64,000 nt of DNA from Candidatus Gottesmanbacteria bacterium (GCA_030679255.1 JAUXTO010000042.1:44714-108713); one strand, 5' to 3'. Shown: positions 49,601-60,051, numbered from the stretch's first letter. Program-made: numbers and translations. The notes: generated from the sequence alone by a model not told the origin.

Positions 49601-50707
49601 ATGAAAACAACTATCTCTGTCATCAAAGCAGATACCGGTTCCGTCGGAGGACATAATAGGCCAAGCAACGCAATGCTTGCCAAAGCACAGGAACAAGTCG
49701 ATATGGCGGTCCAAAAGGGTTTATTGAGCGATGCCCGTATTACCTTTACCGGCGACGATATTGCCCTCCTCATGATTCACGGCAAAGGCGTAGATAATCC
49801 GGATATTCATAAACTCGCCTGGGATACGTTTGTCGCAACGACGGCGATAGCTAAGTCTCAGGGACTTTACGGGGCGGGACAGGATCTCCTCAAAGATGCA
49901 TTTTCCGGCAACGTGCGGGGCATGGGACCGGGGAGCGCGGAAATTGAACTTGAGGAGCGACCAGCTGAACCATTTGTCGTGTTTGCGGCAGACAAATGCG
50001 GTCCCGGTGTTTTTAATTACCCGCTCTTCGAAGCATTTGCCAATCCGTATCACAACGCAGGGCTCCTCCTCGCGCCGGAGATGAAAGATGGATTTACGTT
50101 CACGATCATGGATGTCAATAATGTTGATGCCGATCGGGTGATTACCCTTAAAGTTCCGTCGGATTATTATGATATCTGTACGCTTCTGCGCGATCCTAAT
50201 CATTATGTCATCGAGAGCGTCACGGAAAACGCGAGCGGGTTGCAGGCGGCAGCGTCATCGACAAGCAGACTTCATAATATATCCGGGAAATATGTAGGTA
50301 AGGATGATCCGGTGGCAATCGTGCGGACCCAAAAGACCTTTCCATCGACCGGAGAGATTCTTTCTCCGTGGGCCCTCGCACACTTTACGCTAGGAGATAA
50401 CCGTGGGTCCCATCATGTCGCCGTCATGCCGGTCAAGCAAAATAGTATAATTTCATTTTTTGACGGACCGACGATCGTATCGGCCGCCGGGTACTGTGTC
50501 CATGAGGGGAAACTCACGGAGGCCGTGGATCTTTTTGATCAGCCATTTTGGGATCTGATCCGGACAAAAGCGTCGGAAAAGACCCTATCTATCCGGGCGC
50601 AAGGATTTTACGGACCTGCTATGGCAGGGATGGATGAGCTCGAGTATACCGGAGTCGTCCAAAATCTCAAACGGTTGGGTGAGAAATTTGTCATACGACA
50701 GAAATGA
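49601..50707 (+). CDS. Fructose-1,6-bisphosphate aldolase/phosphatase (class V)
   Basis: SVIKAD.GSVGGH, GDD, YGAGQDLL, YVGKDDP, ELEYT. Confidence 0.93.
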   Translation: MKTTISVIKADTGSVGGHNRPSNAMLAKAQEQVDMAVQKGLLSDARITFTGDDIALLMIHGKGVDNPDIHKLAWDTFVATTAIAKSQGLYGAGQDLLKDAFSGNVRGMGPGSAEIELEERPAEPFVVFAADKCGPGVFNYPLFEAFANPYHNAGLLLAPEMKDGFTFTIMDVNNVDADRVITLKVPSDYYDICTLLRDPNHYVIESVTENASGLQAAASSTSRLHNISGKYVGKDDPVAIVRTQKTFPSTGEILSPWALAHFTLGDNRGSHHVAVMPVKQNSIISFFDGPTIVSAAGYCVHEGKLTEAVDLFDQPFWDLIRTKASEKTLSIRAQGFYGPAMAGMDELEYTGVVQNLKRLGEKFVIRQK

Positions 50708-52434
50708 AATCAGACGTGTACACAAAGCACCCGGACCCCAAGAAGCCCGCTAATCTCGATGACTATGATCGGGTCTATCGTTCGTTTGACTGGAAACAGG
50801 CCCGAAAGGAAATAGATTGGTTTGACGGGGTAACGATGAATGCCGCCTATAACGCGATAGACCGGCATACGCAGACCTGGCGGAAAAATAAAATTGCCCT
50901 CTACTGGGAAGACGAAGACGGTTCCACAAAACAATACACATTCGAACAACTTTCTCTGTTGTCCAATAAAATGGGTAACATCCTCAAGGATTTTGGAGTC
51001 ACCCGTGGACAAAGGGTTTTTATTTTCCTTCCCCGTGTACCGGAACTCTATATTAGTTTCTTAGGGATACTCAAGATCGGAGCAATAGCGGGTACGCTTT
51101 TTAGTGCTTTTCAGGAACAGGCCCTTGCAGACCGGCTAGGCAATAGCGATGCGGAAGTGGTGATCACGAACACTGAGCTTAAAAAACGGATTGACAAAGT
51201 CCGGAGTAAACTCCCTGCGCTCAAACATATTATTACTATAGATAGCCCGGACTTTGCTACATCCATGGAACACGCAAGTGATGAACTGCATATTGCCCAC
51301 ATGGATCCGGATGAGTATGCGTTCATGCTCTATACGAGTGGCACGACCGGTAAACCGAAAGGTGTCGTTCACGTCCACAGAGCAATCCTCCAGGAGCATA
51401 TGACCGCTAAGTGGGTTTTGGATCTGCGGGACGACGATACCTATTGGTGCACTGCTGATCCGGGTTGGGTGACGGGCATTGCCTATGAAATACTCGGCAG
51501 CTGGTCATGCGGAGTGACCGCGGTCGTTTTTGCCGGACGGTTTGATCCAAAACGGTGGTATCAACTATTAGATAAATACAAGGTCACGGTTTGGTATACG
51601 GCCCCCACGGCTATCCGCATGCTGATGGCCGCAGGGAGCGCTCTTGTCAAAGAATTCGATCTCTCGGCACTGCGTCATATGTGTTCCGTCGGAGAGCCGC
51701 TTAATCCCGAAGCCATCACCTGGGCGATCAAGACGTTTGATAAGCCGTTCCACGACACGTGGTGGCAGACGGAGACGGGTGCGATCTCTATCGCCAATTT
51801 TCCCTGCCTGGATATCAAAATTGGCTCCATGGGCAAACCCGTTCCGGGTATACACGCGGCAATCGTCGATGATACTGGGCGCGAGTGTAAACCCAACGAA
51901 GAAGGACATATTGCCATCAAGCCCAAATGGCCGTCCATGATGCATACCATTTGGAGAAGACCCCAGAAATACAAAAGTTATTTTGAACACGGGTGGTACA
52001 TCAGTGGCGATCGAGGGATGCGGGACGCAGACGGATACTTCTGGTTTATCGGGAGGGCCGATGATGTCATCAAAACTGCCGGAGAACGTGTGGGCCCGTT
52101 TGAAGTGGAATCCGCGCTTGTGGCTCACCCTGGAGTGGTAGAGGCAGGAGTCATCGGTAAGCCCGATGCCATGCGGGGGGAAATCATTAAAGCGTTTGTG
52201 GTACTTACGGAGAGTCAAAAGTCAAAAGTCAAAAGTCAAAAGTCTGCTGATGCATTTAAGGAGGAGCTTTCGCAGTATGTGAAAAAGCATCTGGCTGGAC
52301 ATTCCTACCCCCGTGAGATAGAATTCATCGATAAGTTGCCCAAAACCCGTTCCGGCAAGATCATGCGCCGTATTTTGAAAGCCAAAGAAATGGGCTTGCC
52401 GATAGGGGATACGAGCACATTAGAGGAGTATTGA
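50704..52434 (+). CDS. acs: Acetate--CoA ligase
   Basis: YTSGTTGKPKG, ADPGWVTG, DTWWQTETG, PKTRSGKIMRR. Confidence 0.93.
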   Translation: MKSDVYTKHPDPKKPANLDDYDRVYRSFDWKQARKEIDWFDGVTMNAAYNAIDRHTQTWRKNKIALYWEDEDGSTKQYTFEQLSLLSNKMGNILKDFGVTRGQRVFIFLPRVPELYISFLGILKIGAIAGTLFSAFQEQALADRLGNSDAEVVITNTELKKRIDKVRSKLPALKHIITIDSPDFATSMEHASDELHIAHMDPDEYAFMLYTSGTTGKPKGVVHVHRAILQEHMTAKWVLDLRDDDTYWCTADPGWVTGIAYEILGSWSCGVTAVVFAGRFDPKRWYQLLDKYKVTVWYTAPTAIRMLMAAGSALVKEFDLSALRHMCSVGEPLNPEAITWAIKTFDKPFHDTWWQTETGAISIANFPCLDIKIGSMGKPVPGIHAAIVDDTGRECKPNEEGHIAIKPKWPSMMHTIWRRPQKYKSYFEHGWYISGDRGMRDADGYFWFIGRADDVIKTAGERVGPFEVESALVAHPGVVEAGVIGKPDAMRGEIIKAFVVLTESQKSKVKSQKSADAFKEELSQYVKKHLAGHSYPREIEFIDKLPKTRSGKIMRRILKAKEMGLPIGDTSTLEEY

Positions 52435-52449
52435 TTCACGATCAAATAT

Positions 52450-52731
52450 ATGAGCGAATTTATTGCAGTAAATGGATGGTGTGCCCATTTGAAAAATAGG
52501 CACATGGGTCAAACTGAGTATGTGTCTGTGAAGTTCGAAGATGTAGCAGATGATCAAGGAGTTCGTGTCGGATCAGAAGGTGTATGTATGGCTTCTTCTT
52601 TAGAGATGAGAGCATGTGGCCATGCCTGTCGTACCGTTAAAGTCACAGACCGAACTGATCATGCTTTGATAAATTCTGAAGGAGGATATATTGAATTTGA
52701 GCCCTCTCCTGCCGTGGAACCTACTTCGTGA
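52450..52731 (+). CDS. Hypothetical protein
   Basis: 93 aa, four Cys, AT-richer than neighbours. Confidence 0.5.
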   Translation: MSEFIAVNGWCAHLKNRHMGQTEYVSVKFEDVADDQGVRVGSEGVCMASSLEMRACGHACRTVKVTDRTDHALINSEGGYIEFEPSPAVEPTS

Positions 52732-52784
52732 ATGGATTTTTATGTATTCCTAATCTCCACTCCCGGAGTGAAGTAGCTCTACAC

Positions 52785-53597
52785 TTAAGGAGAAGAAGGA
52801 AGACGCAGGAGAAGGACGAATTCTCCTTGAGGATCGGAAAAATGGGTGAGAGCCTCTGAAAGCGTTCCCCGCCAGAGTTCTTCATGGACCTTCGTAAGCT
52901 CTCGGGCGATCACAATATCAATGTCACCCAGTACTTCCTTCATGTCCCCAAGCGTTTGTAGGAGCTTATGAGGGGCGCAGTAGAAAATATATGTGCAGCC
53001 ATGCAAGGCACTTCTTTTCGTGCCTGCGAGAAAGTAGCTGAGATTCTCAAAAAGTTTCCTACGGTGAGATTCTTTTTCCGGTGGGTAGCCCAAGAATAGA
53101 AAATTGTTGGCAGGCAGTCCGGAGACGGAGAGCGCGGCGATTGCAGCCGAGGGTCCTGGGATACTTACCACCTTGATTCCCCGCTTTATCGCTTCTCGGA
53201 CGAGCGTATACCCCGGATCGGAGATGAGGGGCGTTCCGGCGTCGCTCGCTAGGGCGACGGATTTTCCTTCTGATAATTTTTGAATGAGTAACGGAGTCTG
53301 AGTTAGTTCATGGTTGTCATCGTAGCGGATGAGTTGGGGGTTCAATGTCATTCCGGCCCTAGAGCCGGAATCCATCTTCTGAACACTGGATCCCGGGTCC
53401 CTCCATTTCGGCGGGCAGGCAAGCCCGGGATGACGAATTAAAAATATATAGCGTTCCTTTAACTCATGAAGCAATAGGCCCGTTCTTCGAGTATCTTCAC
53501 AGGCGATGATATCGACGGAGAAGAGAGTTTTGATAGCACGGATCGTGATATCTTCCATGTTCCCAATTGGGGTGGCGACAATATATAATGTACTCAT
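52785..53597 (-). CDS. rsmI: 16S rRNA C1402 2'-O-methyltransferase with in-frame repeat insertion
   Basis: LYIVATPIGN..DIT.RA, ACEDTR, SDAGTPLISDPG, ARELTKVHEE; start ATG 53597. Confidence 0.93.
   Translation of the reverse strand: MSTLYIVATPIGNMEDITIRAIKTLFSVDIIACEDTRRTGLLLHELKERYIFLIRHPGLACPPKWRDPGSSVQKMDSGSRAGMTLNPQLIRYDDNHELTQTPLLIQKLSEGKSVALASDAGTPLISDPGYTLVREAIKRGIKVVSIPGPSAAIAALSVSGLPANNFLFLGYPPEKESHRRKLFENLSYFLAGTKRSALHGCTYIFYCAPHKLLQTLGDMKEVLGDIDIVIARELTKVHEELWRGTLSEALTHFSDPQGEFVLLLRLPSSP
53347..53434. repeat. RPE-like palindromic element with nested CGGGCAGG motif inside rsmI
   Basis: GTCATTCCGG..CCGGAATCC..GGATCCCGG..CCGGGATGAC. Confidence 0.75.
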
Positions 53598-54267
53598 GGA
53601 TTTCATTTTACATCTGGACCGGTATTTAAGCCAGTTTGTCAGTACGTACGGGATGCTCTCATACGCGGTGTTATTTTTGATCGTGTTTGCCGAGACCGGA
53701 TTTATCGTCACACCGTTTCTCCCCGGCGACTCACTCCTGTTTGCGGCAGGTGCCATAGCCGCACTCGGCGCACTGAACGTTTGGATAGTTGCCGTGATTC
53801 TTATCATTGCCGCGATTTTGGGTGACACCGTCAACTACTGGATCGGACACTACTTCGGGCAAAAAATTGTGAACCACCCACGTATTCCTTTTATCAACCA
53901 AGAACATATTGATAAAACGGAACAATTTTACAAAAAGCACGGAGGAAAAACGATCATCCTGGCGCGGTTTGTGCCAATTGTCCGCACCTTTGCGCCGTTT
54001 GTCGCAGGAATCGGGACCATGGAGTACCGGAAATTTTTACAGTATAACGTCATCGGAGGGGTGATCTGGGTAGGAATTTTTACGTTTGCAGGATATTTTT
54101 TCGGCAATATGGCTTTTATCAAAGAAAACTTCCACTATGCTATTGTGGCGATCGTCGTATTGTCTGTTCTCCCCATGATTTATGAGTACATCCAGCATAA
54201 ACGTCATCCGGATGTGCCTGGGGTATCGACCAAGAAGCTTCGCGGGATGGTCAATGACAAGAAGTAA
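53596..54267 (+). CDS. dedA: DedA family membrane protein
   Basis: FAETG...FLPGDSLLF, GDTVNYWIG, ARFVPIVRTFAPFVAG; start ATG 53596. Confidence 0.95.
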   Translation: MDFILHLDRYLSQFVSTYGMLSYAVLFLIVFAETGFIVTPFLPGDSLLFAAGAIAALGALNVWIVAVILIIAAILGDTVNYWIGHYFGQKIVNHPRIPFINQEHIDKTEQFYKKHGGKTIILARFVPIVRTFAPFVAGIGTMEYRKFLQYNVIGGVIWVGIFTFAGYFFGNMAFIKENFHYAIVAIVVLSVLPMIYEYIQHKRHPDVPGVSTKKLRGMVNDKK

Positions 54268-54278
54268 TGGCGTTCCTA

Positions 54279-54914
54279 TCAGTTAATCGAAAATTTGCGG
54301 ATAAGTCCCACACAGCGTCCCTGGATCTTGACGTGGGTCGCAAATATCGGAGACATCTGAGCATTAGCCGGCATGAGCTTAATCCGATCTTTTTCAAAAA
54401 ATATCCGTTTCAGGGTCGCGAGCCCATTTGGGAGTAAAGCGACGACAATATCTCCATTCTTAGCATCCTGCTGGTGCTGGATGACGACGAAATCGCCGTC
54501 CAGAATACCGTCTTCAATCATCGAGTTACCTTTCACTTGTAATATGTAGTGGGGTTTGCCTGCCGATACCATGGCAGGGGCAACCGATACATAATAATTA
54601 GGGTCTGTATAGGGCTCCAGGGGACTACCGGCGGCGATAAAGCCCAAGACGGGCAGTTCGATAGCTCCTTCGTTCCCTCCGGCTTGCGACCGGTAGGTGT
54701 CTTTGACGACTTCCAGTCCCCGTGCCGTACCGTCAAGCTTTTTGATAAATCCTTTTATCCTCAGACGGTCGATATGCTCGTGGACCGTCGCCGGTGAGCG
54801 TATCCCCATGGAATCGCCGATTTCTTTGAGGGTCGGCGCGTACCCATAGCGTTGGATGAACTGCGTGATAAAATCAAGAAGCTGGCGTTCACGGACATAG
54901 AGTATAGCTGGCAT
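54279..54914 (-). CDS. lexA: LexA repressor
   Basis: GYAPTLKEI wHTH, IAAG cleavage site, GNSM (Ser), TLKR (Lys). Confidence 0.95.
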   Translation of the reverse strand: MPAILYVRERQLLDFITQFIQRYGYAPTLKEIGDSMGIRSPATVHEHIDRLRIKGFIKKLDGTARGLEVVKDTYRSQAGGNEGAIELPVLGFIAAGSPLEPYTDPNYYVSVAPAMVSAGKPHYILQVKGNSMIEDGILDGDFVVIQHQQDAKNGDIVVALLPNGLATLKRIFFEKDRIKLMPANAQMSPIFATHVKIQGRCVGLIRKFSIN

Positions 54915-54979
54915 ATCTGTTATACTTTTACATAATATACCCGAACTGTCAAGGGCATTTATATGACACAAACTCTATC

Positions 54980-57004
54980 ATGTTTCAACTAAAAACCGAG
55001 TATAGTCCAAGTGGTGATCAACCGCAGGCAATCGAAAGCCTTGTTTCCAATATCAAATCCGGAGCACGCGAGCAAGTACTTCTTGGGGTAACGGGAAGCG
55101 GAAAGACCTACACCATGGCCAGTGTCATAGAGCGGCTGCAGCGTCCGACGCTTATCATCTCGCACAATAAAACGTTGGCCGCCCAACTTTATCAGGAGTT
55201 TCGGGATTATTTTCCTCACAATATCGTCTCGTACTTCGTCTCGTACTACGATTATTACCAGCCGGAGGCATATATTCCTCAGACAGATACGTATATAGAG
55301 AAAGAAACGCAGATTAATGAAGAAATAGACAAGCTGCGCCTGGCTGCAACCGCCAATCTTCTCACCAGGCCGGATACGATCGTCATTGCTTCGGTTTCCT
55401 GTATTTACAATATTGGGAGTCCGAAAGAATACGGACATTTCGTATTGGAGCTTAAACCAGGGGTTCGCATTACCCGGCAAAGCATCATGGAGCGTCTCGT
55501 TGCTCTCCAGTATGAGCGTAATAATTATGGGTTTGTCCGGGGAACTTTCCGCGTCCGTGGGGATACGATCGATCTTTTTCCGGCCTATGAGGATTTAGGA
55601 TTACGAATGGTTGTCCAATTAGACAAAGTAGTCCAATTAGTCAAATTTGACTCGCTGACGGGTAAAACCGTAGAAGTACTACCCGCAGTGATGATCCACC
55701 CGGCCAAGCACTATATGACGGATCCCCGGACATACAAGGATGTATTTCCTAGGATCCGTGAAGATTTAAACCGACAAGTTGCTGCATTTAAAGCGCAAGG
55801 CAAACTATTGGAAGCCCAACGGCTTAAAGAGCGGGTAACGTATGACCTCGAGATGATCCAGGAATTAGGCTACGTCAATGGCATAGAAAACTATTCCCGG
55901 TATTTTGACGGAAGAAATCCTGGAGACCCGCCGTATACCCTACTCGACTATTTTGACGAGGCTGCAACTCAAAGCCAGGCTTTAAGGGCCCCAAAGCCTG
56001 GCTTTGATTCATCAAAAGAGTGGCTTTTGTTTCTCGACGAGTCACATATGACGGTACCTCAGATACGCGGGATGTATAACGGCGACCGCTCACGCAAGCA
56101 AACGCTCATTGATTTTGGGTTTCGTTTACCATCGGCCATAGATAATCGTCCTTTGCGATTTGAAGAATTTCAAAGGAGGATGCCACAAACCGTGTATGTT
56201 TCCGCAACCCCGGATGAGTGGGAGATTGCACGCGCTTCGAACGTAGTCGAACAGCTCGTCCGCCCGACGGGGCTTGTGGATCCACAGGTCACGGTGAAAC
56301 CTTCGAAGGGACAAATCGATGATTTACTTATCGAAATTAAAATACGGGTAGAGCGTCACGAACGCGTACTCGTGACGACACTTACCAAGCGTATGGCGGA
56401 AGATCTTTCTGCGTTTTTAGAAAAAGAAGGGATAAAGGTGCATTACCTCCATTCCGATGTGCAAACACTTGAGCGGAGTGACATATTAGATGACCTGCGG
56501 CGCGGAACCTACGATGTGATCGTCGGCATCAATCTCCTTCGCGAAGGCTTGGATCTACCGGAGGTTTCTTTGGTCGCGATTTTAGACGCAGATAAAGAGG
56601 GGTTTCTCCGAAGCCGCACGAGTCTTATTCAAACTATGGGCCGGGCATCGCGGCATCTCTCAGGATCAGTCATCATGTATGCGGATCGCGTCACGGATTC
56701 TATGAAAGCGGCAATGGGTGAAGTGGAACGCAGGAGAACCGTACAACTTGCGTACAATAAAGCCGGCAACATTACCCCCATAAGTATCACCAAACCCATC
56801 CGTGACCGGCTCGTCGAAAAAGCAAAAGAGGTGGAAGTGAAACCGCTTATCGCCCAAGCCGCACAAGCGGAACTTGACCGAATGACCCCGCAGGATAAAA
56901 AGAAGTTGATCGTGGAGATGACCAAAGCCATGCGGCGGGCCAGCCGCGACCTCGACTTTGAATCCGCCGCCCGCCTTCGGGATACGATCACGCAGATATC
57001 GTAA
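54980..57004 (+). CDS. uvrB: Excinuclease ABC subunit B
   Basis: GVTGSGKT, YYDYYQPEAY, DESH, GINLLREGLD. Confidence 0.97.
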   Translation: MFQLKTEYSPSGDQPQAIESLVSNIKSGAREQVLLGVTGSGKTYTMASVIERLQRPTLIISHNKTLAAQLYQEFRDYFPHNIVSYFVSYYDYYQPEAYIPQTDTYIEKETQINEEIDKLRLAATANLLTRPDTIVIASVSCIYNIGSPKEYGHFVLELKPGVRITRQSIMERLVALQYERNNYGFVRGTFRVRGDTIDLFPAYEDLGLRMVVQLDKVVQLVKFDSLTGKTVEVLPAVMIHPAKHYMTDPRTYKDVFPRIREDLNRQVAAFKAQGKLLEAQRLKERVTYDLEMIQELGYVNGIENYSRYFDGRNPGDPPYTLLDYFDEAATQSQALRAPKPGFDSSKEWLLFLDESHMTVPQIRGMYNGDRSRKQTLIDFGFRLPSAIDNRPLRFEEFQRRMPQTVYVSATPDEWEIARASNVVEQLVRPTGLVDPQVTVKPSKGQIDDLLIEIKIRVERHERVLVTTLTKRMAEDLSAFLEKEGIKVHYLHSDVQTLERSDILDDLRRGTYDVIVGINLLREGLDLPEVSLVAILDADKEGFLRSRTSLIQTMGRASRHLSGSVIMYADRVTDSMKAAMGEVERRRTVQLAYNKAGNITPISITKPIRDRLVEKAKEVEVKPLIAQAAQAELDRMTPQDKKKLIVEMTKAMRRASRDLDFESAARLRDTITQIS

Positions 57005-57051
57005 CTCAGGTATAATACCTATGCCCCGGCACCATCCGAGGAGTTAATACT

Positions 57052-60024
57052 ATGGATACATTGATTATTAAAGGAGCCAGACAACATAATCTCAAAAACA
57101 TCAATCTTGAGCTACCGAAAAATAAACTTATCGTTTTTACGGGATTATCGGGATCAGGCAAAAGTTCTCTTGCGTTTGACACAATTTATGCCGAGGGCCA
57201 ACGGCGGTACGTTGAGTCTCTGTCCTCCTATGCCCGGCAATTCTTAGGTATCATGGATAAACCGGATGTGGATAGTATCGTAGGGCTTTCTCCGGCTATA
57301 TCCATCGATCAGAAATCTACCTCCCATAACCCGCGATCGACGGTCGGCACCGTCACGGAAATCTACGATTATCTGCGCCTCCTTTATGCCCGTATCGGTC
57401 ACCCACACTGTCCTACGTGCGGCAGGGAAGTCACGAAATTAGACAAAACGCAGATTGTTTCGATGATTTTGGATGCAGCAGGAACTGCTTTGGCCCGCGA
57501 AGGCAAAAAAATATTTAAATGTGCAATATTGGCGCCCATAGTCCGGGACCGGAAAGGCGAGTTTACCGGATTACTCGATAACGTCAGGACAAAAGGATAC
57601 CGCAGTATCCGGGTTGATGGTCATTTTTTTGGGATTGATGAGGACATTAGTCTCATCAAAACGAACAAGCATACGATTGATGTGGTGATTGATAAATTGG
57701 TGCTTGATCGAGACACGATTGAATTTCTGAAAAGGTCTCACCTTATCAAAAAACAAGGTGAGACCTTAAAACAACTCCCGGACGTGGCTATGAGATCGCG
57801 TATCGCTGACGCGGTCGAACAAGCGCTCACACTTTCAGAAGGGTATGTGGTTCTCGCGCATATCCAAGATAAAGGGTTTGATCTACCCGATAAACCGAGG
57901 GAAACGATCGATACGCTCTTCAGTGAAGCCCTGAGTTGTCCCAATTGCGGTATATCACTGGCCGAGATCGAGCCACGGTCGTTTTCGTTTAACTCTCCGC
58001 ATGGGGCGTGTCCTACATGCACGGGACTTGGAAAAATAATGACCGTTGACCCTGATCGCGTCATAAGTCCCATTCTGTCGATTTCCGAAGGGGGAATCTT
58101 GCCCTTTGCCAAGATGTTTTTTCACGATACATGGTTTTCGCGGATTGTGTCGACGGTGACTCAAGAACATAAGATTGATATGCGTGCCCCTCTTTCGCGG
58201 TTAACCCTAGCGCAACGAGATGTGCTTCTTTATGGCACCGGAGACCGGATGTATCACGTGCACGGTAAAAACCGGTTCGGGGATGATACGTCTATATCAG
58301 AAGCATTCCCCGGGTTTGTCAACGAACTCAAACGGCGCTTTGTAGAGTCACAATCAGACTTTGTCCGCGAAGAAATACAAAAGTATATGCGTGAGGAAAT
58401 CTGTACTTCCTGCGACGGCGCGAGACTCAAAAAAGAAACACTTACCGTGACGGTTAATAATCAATCTATTGCCCAGGTGACGGCGCTATCGATCGAGTTA
58501 TGTTTTATTTGGATTACGGAGTTGGGAAAAACGATGACGTCCAATTCCGATAAGACTATTGCCATCCCGATTATCAAAGAAATAGCCGCTCGGTTACAAT
58601 TTCTGCTTGCCGTGGGTCTCGAGTACTTGACACTCTCGCGGACAGCGACCACCCTTTCCGGAGGAGAGGCGCAGCGCATCCGTTTGGCGTCCCAAATCGG
58701 ATCCGGACTTTCCGGGGTGCTCTATGTCCTGGACGAGCCATCAATTGGGCTCCACCAACGGGATAACGATAAACTCATCGGGACCCTCAAGAAACTTCGT
58801 GATTTAGGCAATACCGTCATCGTCGTCGAGCATGATCGGGAAACTATGGAGGAAAGTGATTGGCTGGTGGATTTCGGCCCCGGCGCGGGGGAACATGGTG
58901 GATCGATTGTCGCCGAAGGCACGATTGGTGAAATAAAACGCAATACCCATTCGCTCACCGGCCAATACCTTACGGGAAAACGGGTTATTCAACGCGAACA
59001 TTTGCGGCTCGTTCCCTCTGTGAGAAGTGGGGAATTGACGATCATTGGTGCTCGACAAAATAATCTGAAGAATCTGGAGGTTACTGTTCCCTTAGGAAAA
59101 TTAGTCTGTGTTACCGGAGTATCCGGGAGCGGAAAATCAAGTCTCATCGTCGAAACACTCTATCCTGCGCTCACGAATCATTTTAACCCGATGAGTCGAT
59201 TAGACGTAGGATCCTACGATAAACTTATCGGATTAGAACTCGTGGATCGCGCGATCCTCATCGATCAATCGCCGATTGGAAGGACTCCGAGAAGTAATCC
59301 AGCGACGTATACCGGTGCTTTTACGTATATCCGGGATCTCTATGCCCAGCTTTCCGAATCAAAACTCCGGGGGTATCAACCCGGCCGTTTTTCTTTTAAC
59401 GTAAAAGGCGGACGCTGCGAAGCGTGCGAAGGCGAAGGGCAGAAAAAAATCGAAATGCAATTTCTCTCAGACGTCTATGTGACGTGCGAAGTATGTCATG
59501 CCACGAGGTATAACCCGGAAACATTGGAAGTTACCTTTCATGGGAAATCTATTGCGGAAGTGCTCGCGATGACCGTCGCCCAAGGGAGAGAGCTTTTTGT
59601 GCATCATCCGGTGTTAGTCAGTAAATTTCAAACGATTATTGATGTAGGACTGTCGTATATCAAGCTTGGTCAACCAGCCCCGACCCTTTCCGGCGGAGAA
59701 GCGCAGCGGGTAAAATTGGCCACAGAACTTTCCAAACGGGCAACCGGGAAAACGATGTATATCCTGGATGAGCCCACGACCGGACTTCATTTTGATGATC
59801 TTCAGAAACTTTTGACTGTCCTTCACCGGCTCACACAAACCGGCAATACCGTCATCGTTATTGAACATAATTTGGATATTATTAAAAATGCGGATTGGAT
59901 CATTGATTTGGGCCCCGAAGGAGGAGACGCGGGAGGGAACATTATTGCCCAGGGTAGGCCCAGGGATATAGCAATGAGTACACAATCCTATACAGGACAA
60001 TTCCTGAGAAAAATAATAGAATAA
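57052..60024 (+). CDS. uvrA: Excinuclease ABC subunit A
   Basis: Two ABC domains (GLSGSGKSS, GVSGSGKSS, LSGGEAQR) and zinc fingers. Confidence 0.97.
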   Translation: MDTLIIKGARQHNLKNINLELPKNKLIVFTGLSGSGKSSLAFDTIYAEGQRRYVESLSSYARQFLGIMDKPDVDSIVGLSPAISIDQKSTSHNPRSTVGTVTEIYDYLRLLYARIGHPHCPTCGREVTKLDKTQIVSMILDAAGTALAREGKKIFKCAILAPIVRDRKGEFTGLLDNVRTKGYRSIRVDGHFFGIDEDISLIKTNKHTIDVVIDKLVLDRDTIEFLKRSHLIKKQGETLKQLPDVAMRSRIADAVEQALTLSEGYVVLAHIQDKGFDLPDKPRETIDTLFSEALSCPNCGISLAEIEPRSFSFNSPHGACPTCTGLGKIMTVDPDRVISPILSISEGGILPFAKMFFHDTWFSRIVSTVTQEHKIDMRAPLSRLTLAQRDVLLYGTGDRMYHVHGKNRFGDDTSISEAFPGFVNELKRRFVESQSDFVREEIQKYMREEICTSCDGARLKKETLTVTVNNQSIAQVTALSIELCFIWITELGKTMTSNSDKTIAIPIIKEIAARLQFLLAVGLEYLTLSRTATTLSGGEAQRIRLASQIGSGLSGVLYVLDEPSIGLHQRDNDKLIGTLKKLRDLGNTVIVVEHDRETMEESDWLVDFGPGAGEHGGSIVAEGTIGEIKRNTHSLTGQYLTGKRVIQREHLRLVPSVRSGELTIIGARQNNLKNLEVTVPLGKLVCVTGVSGSGKSSLIVETLYPALTNHFNPMSRLDVGSYDKLIGLELVDRAILIDQSPIGRTPRSNPATYTGAFTYIRDLYAQLSESKLRGYQPGRFSFNVKGGRCEACEGEGQKKIEMQFLSDVYVTCEVCHATRYNPETLEVTFHGKSIAEVLAMTVAQGRELFVHHPVLVSKFQTIIDVGLSYIKLGQPAPTLSGGEAQRVKLATELSKRATGKTMYILDEPTTGLHFDDLQKLLTVLHRLTQTGNTVIVIEHNLDIIKNADWIIDLGPEGGDAGGNIIAQGRPRDIAMSTQSYTGQFLRKIIE

Positions 60025-60051
60025 GTAAATAAAAGAATAAGGAATAAGCGA

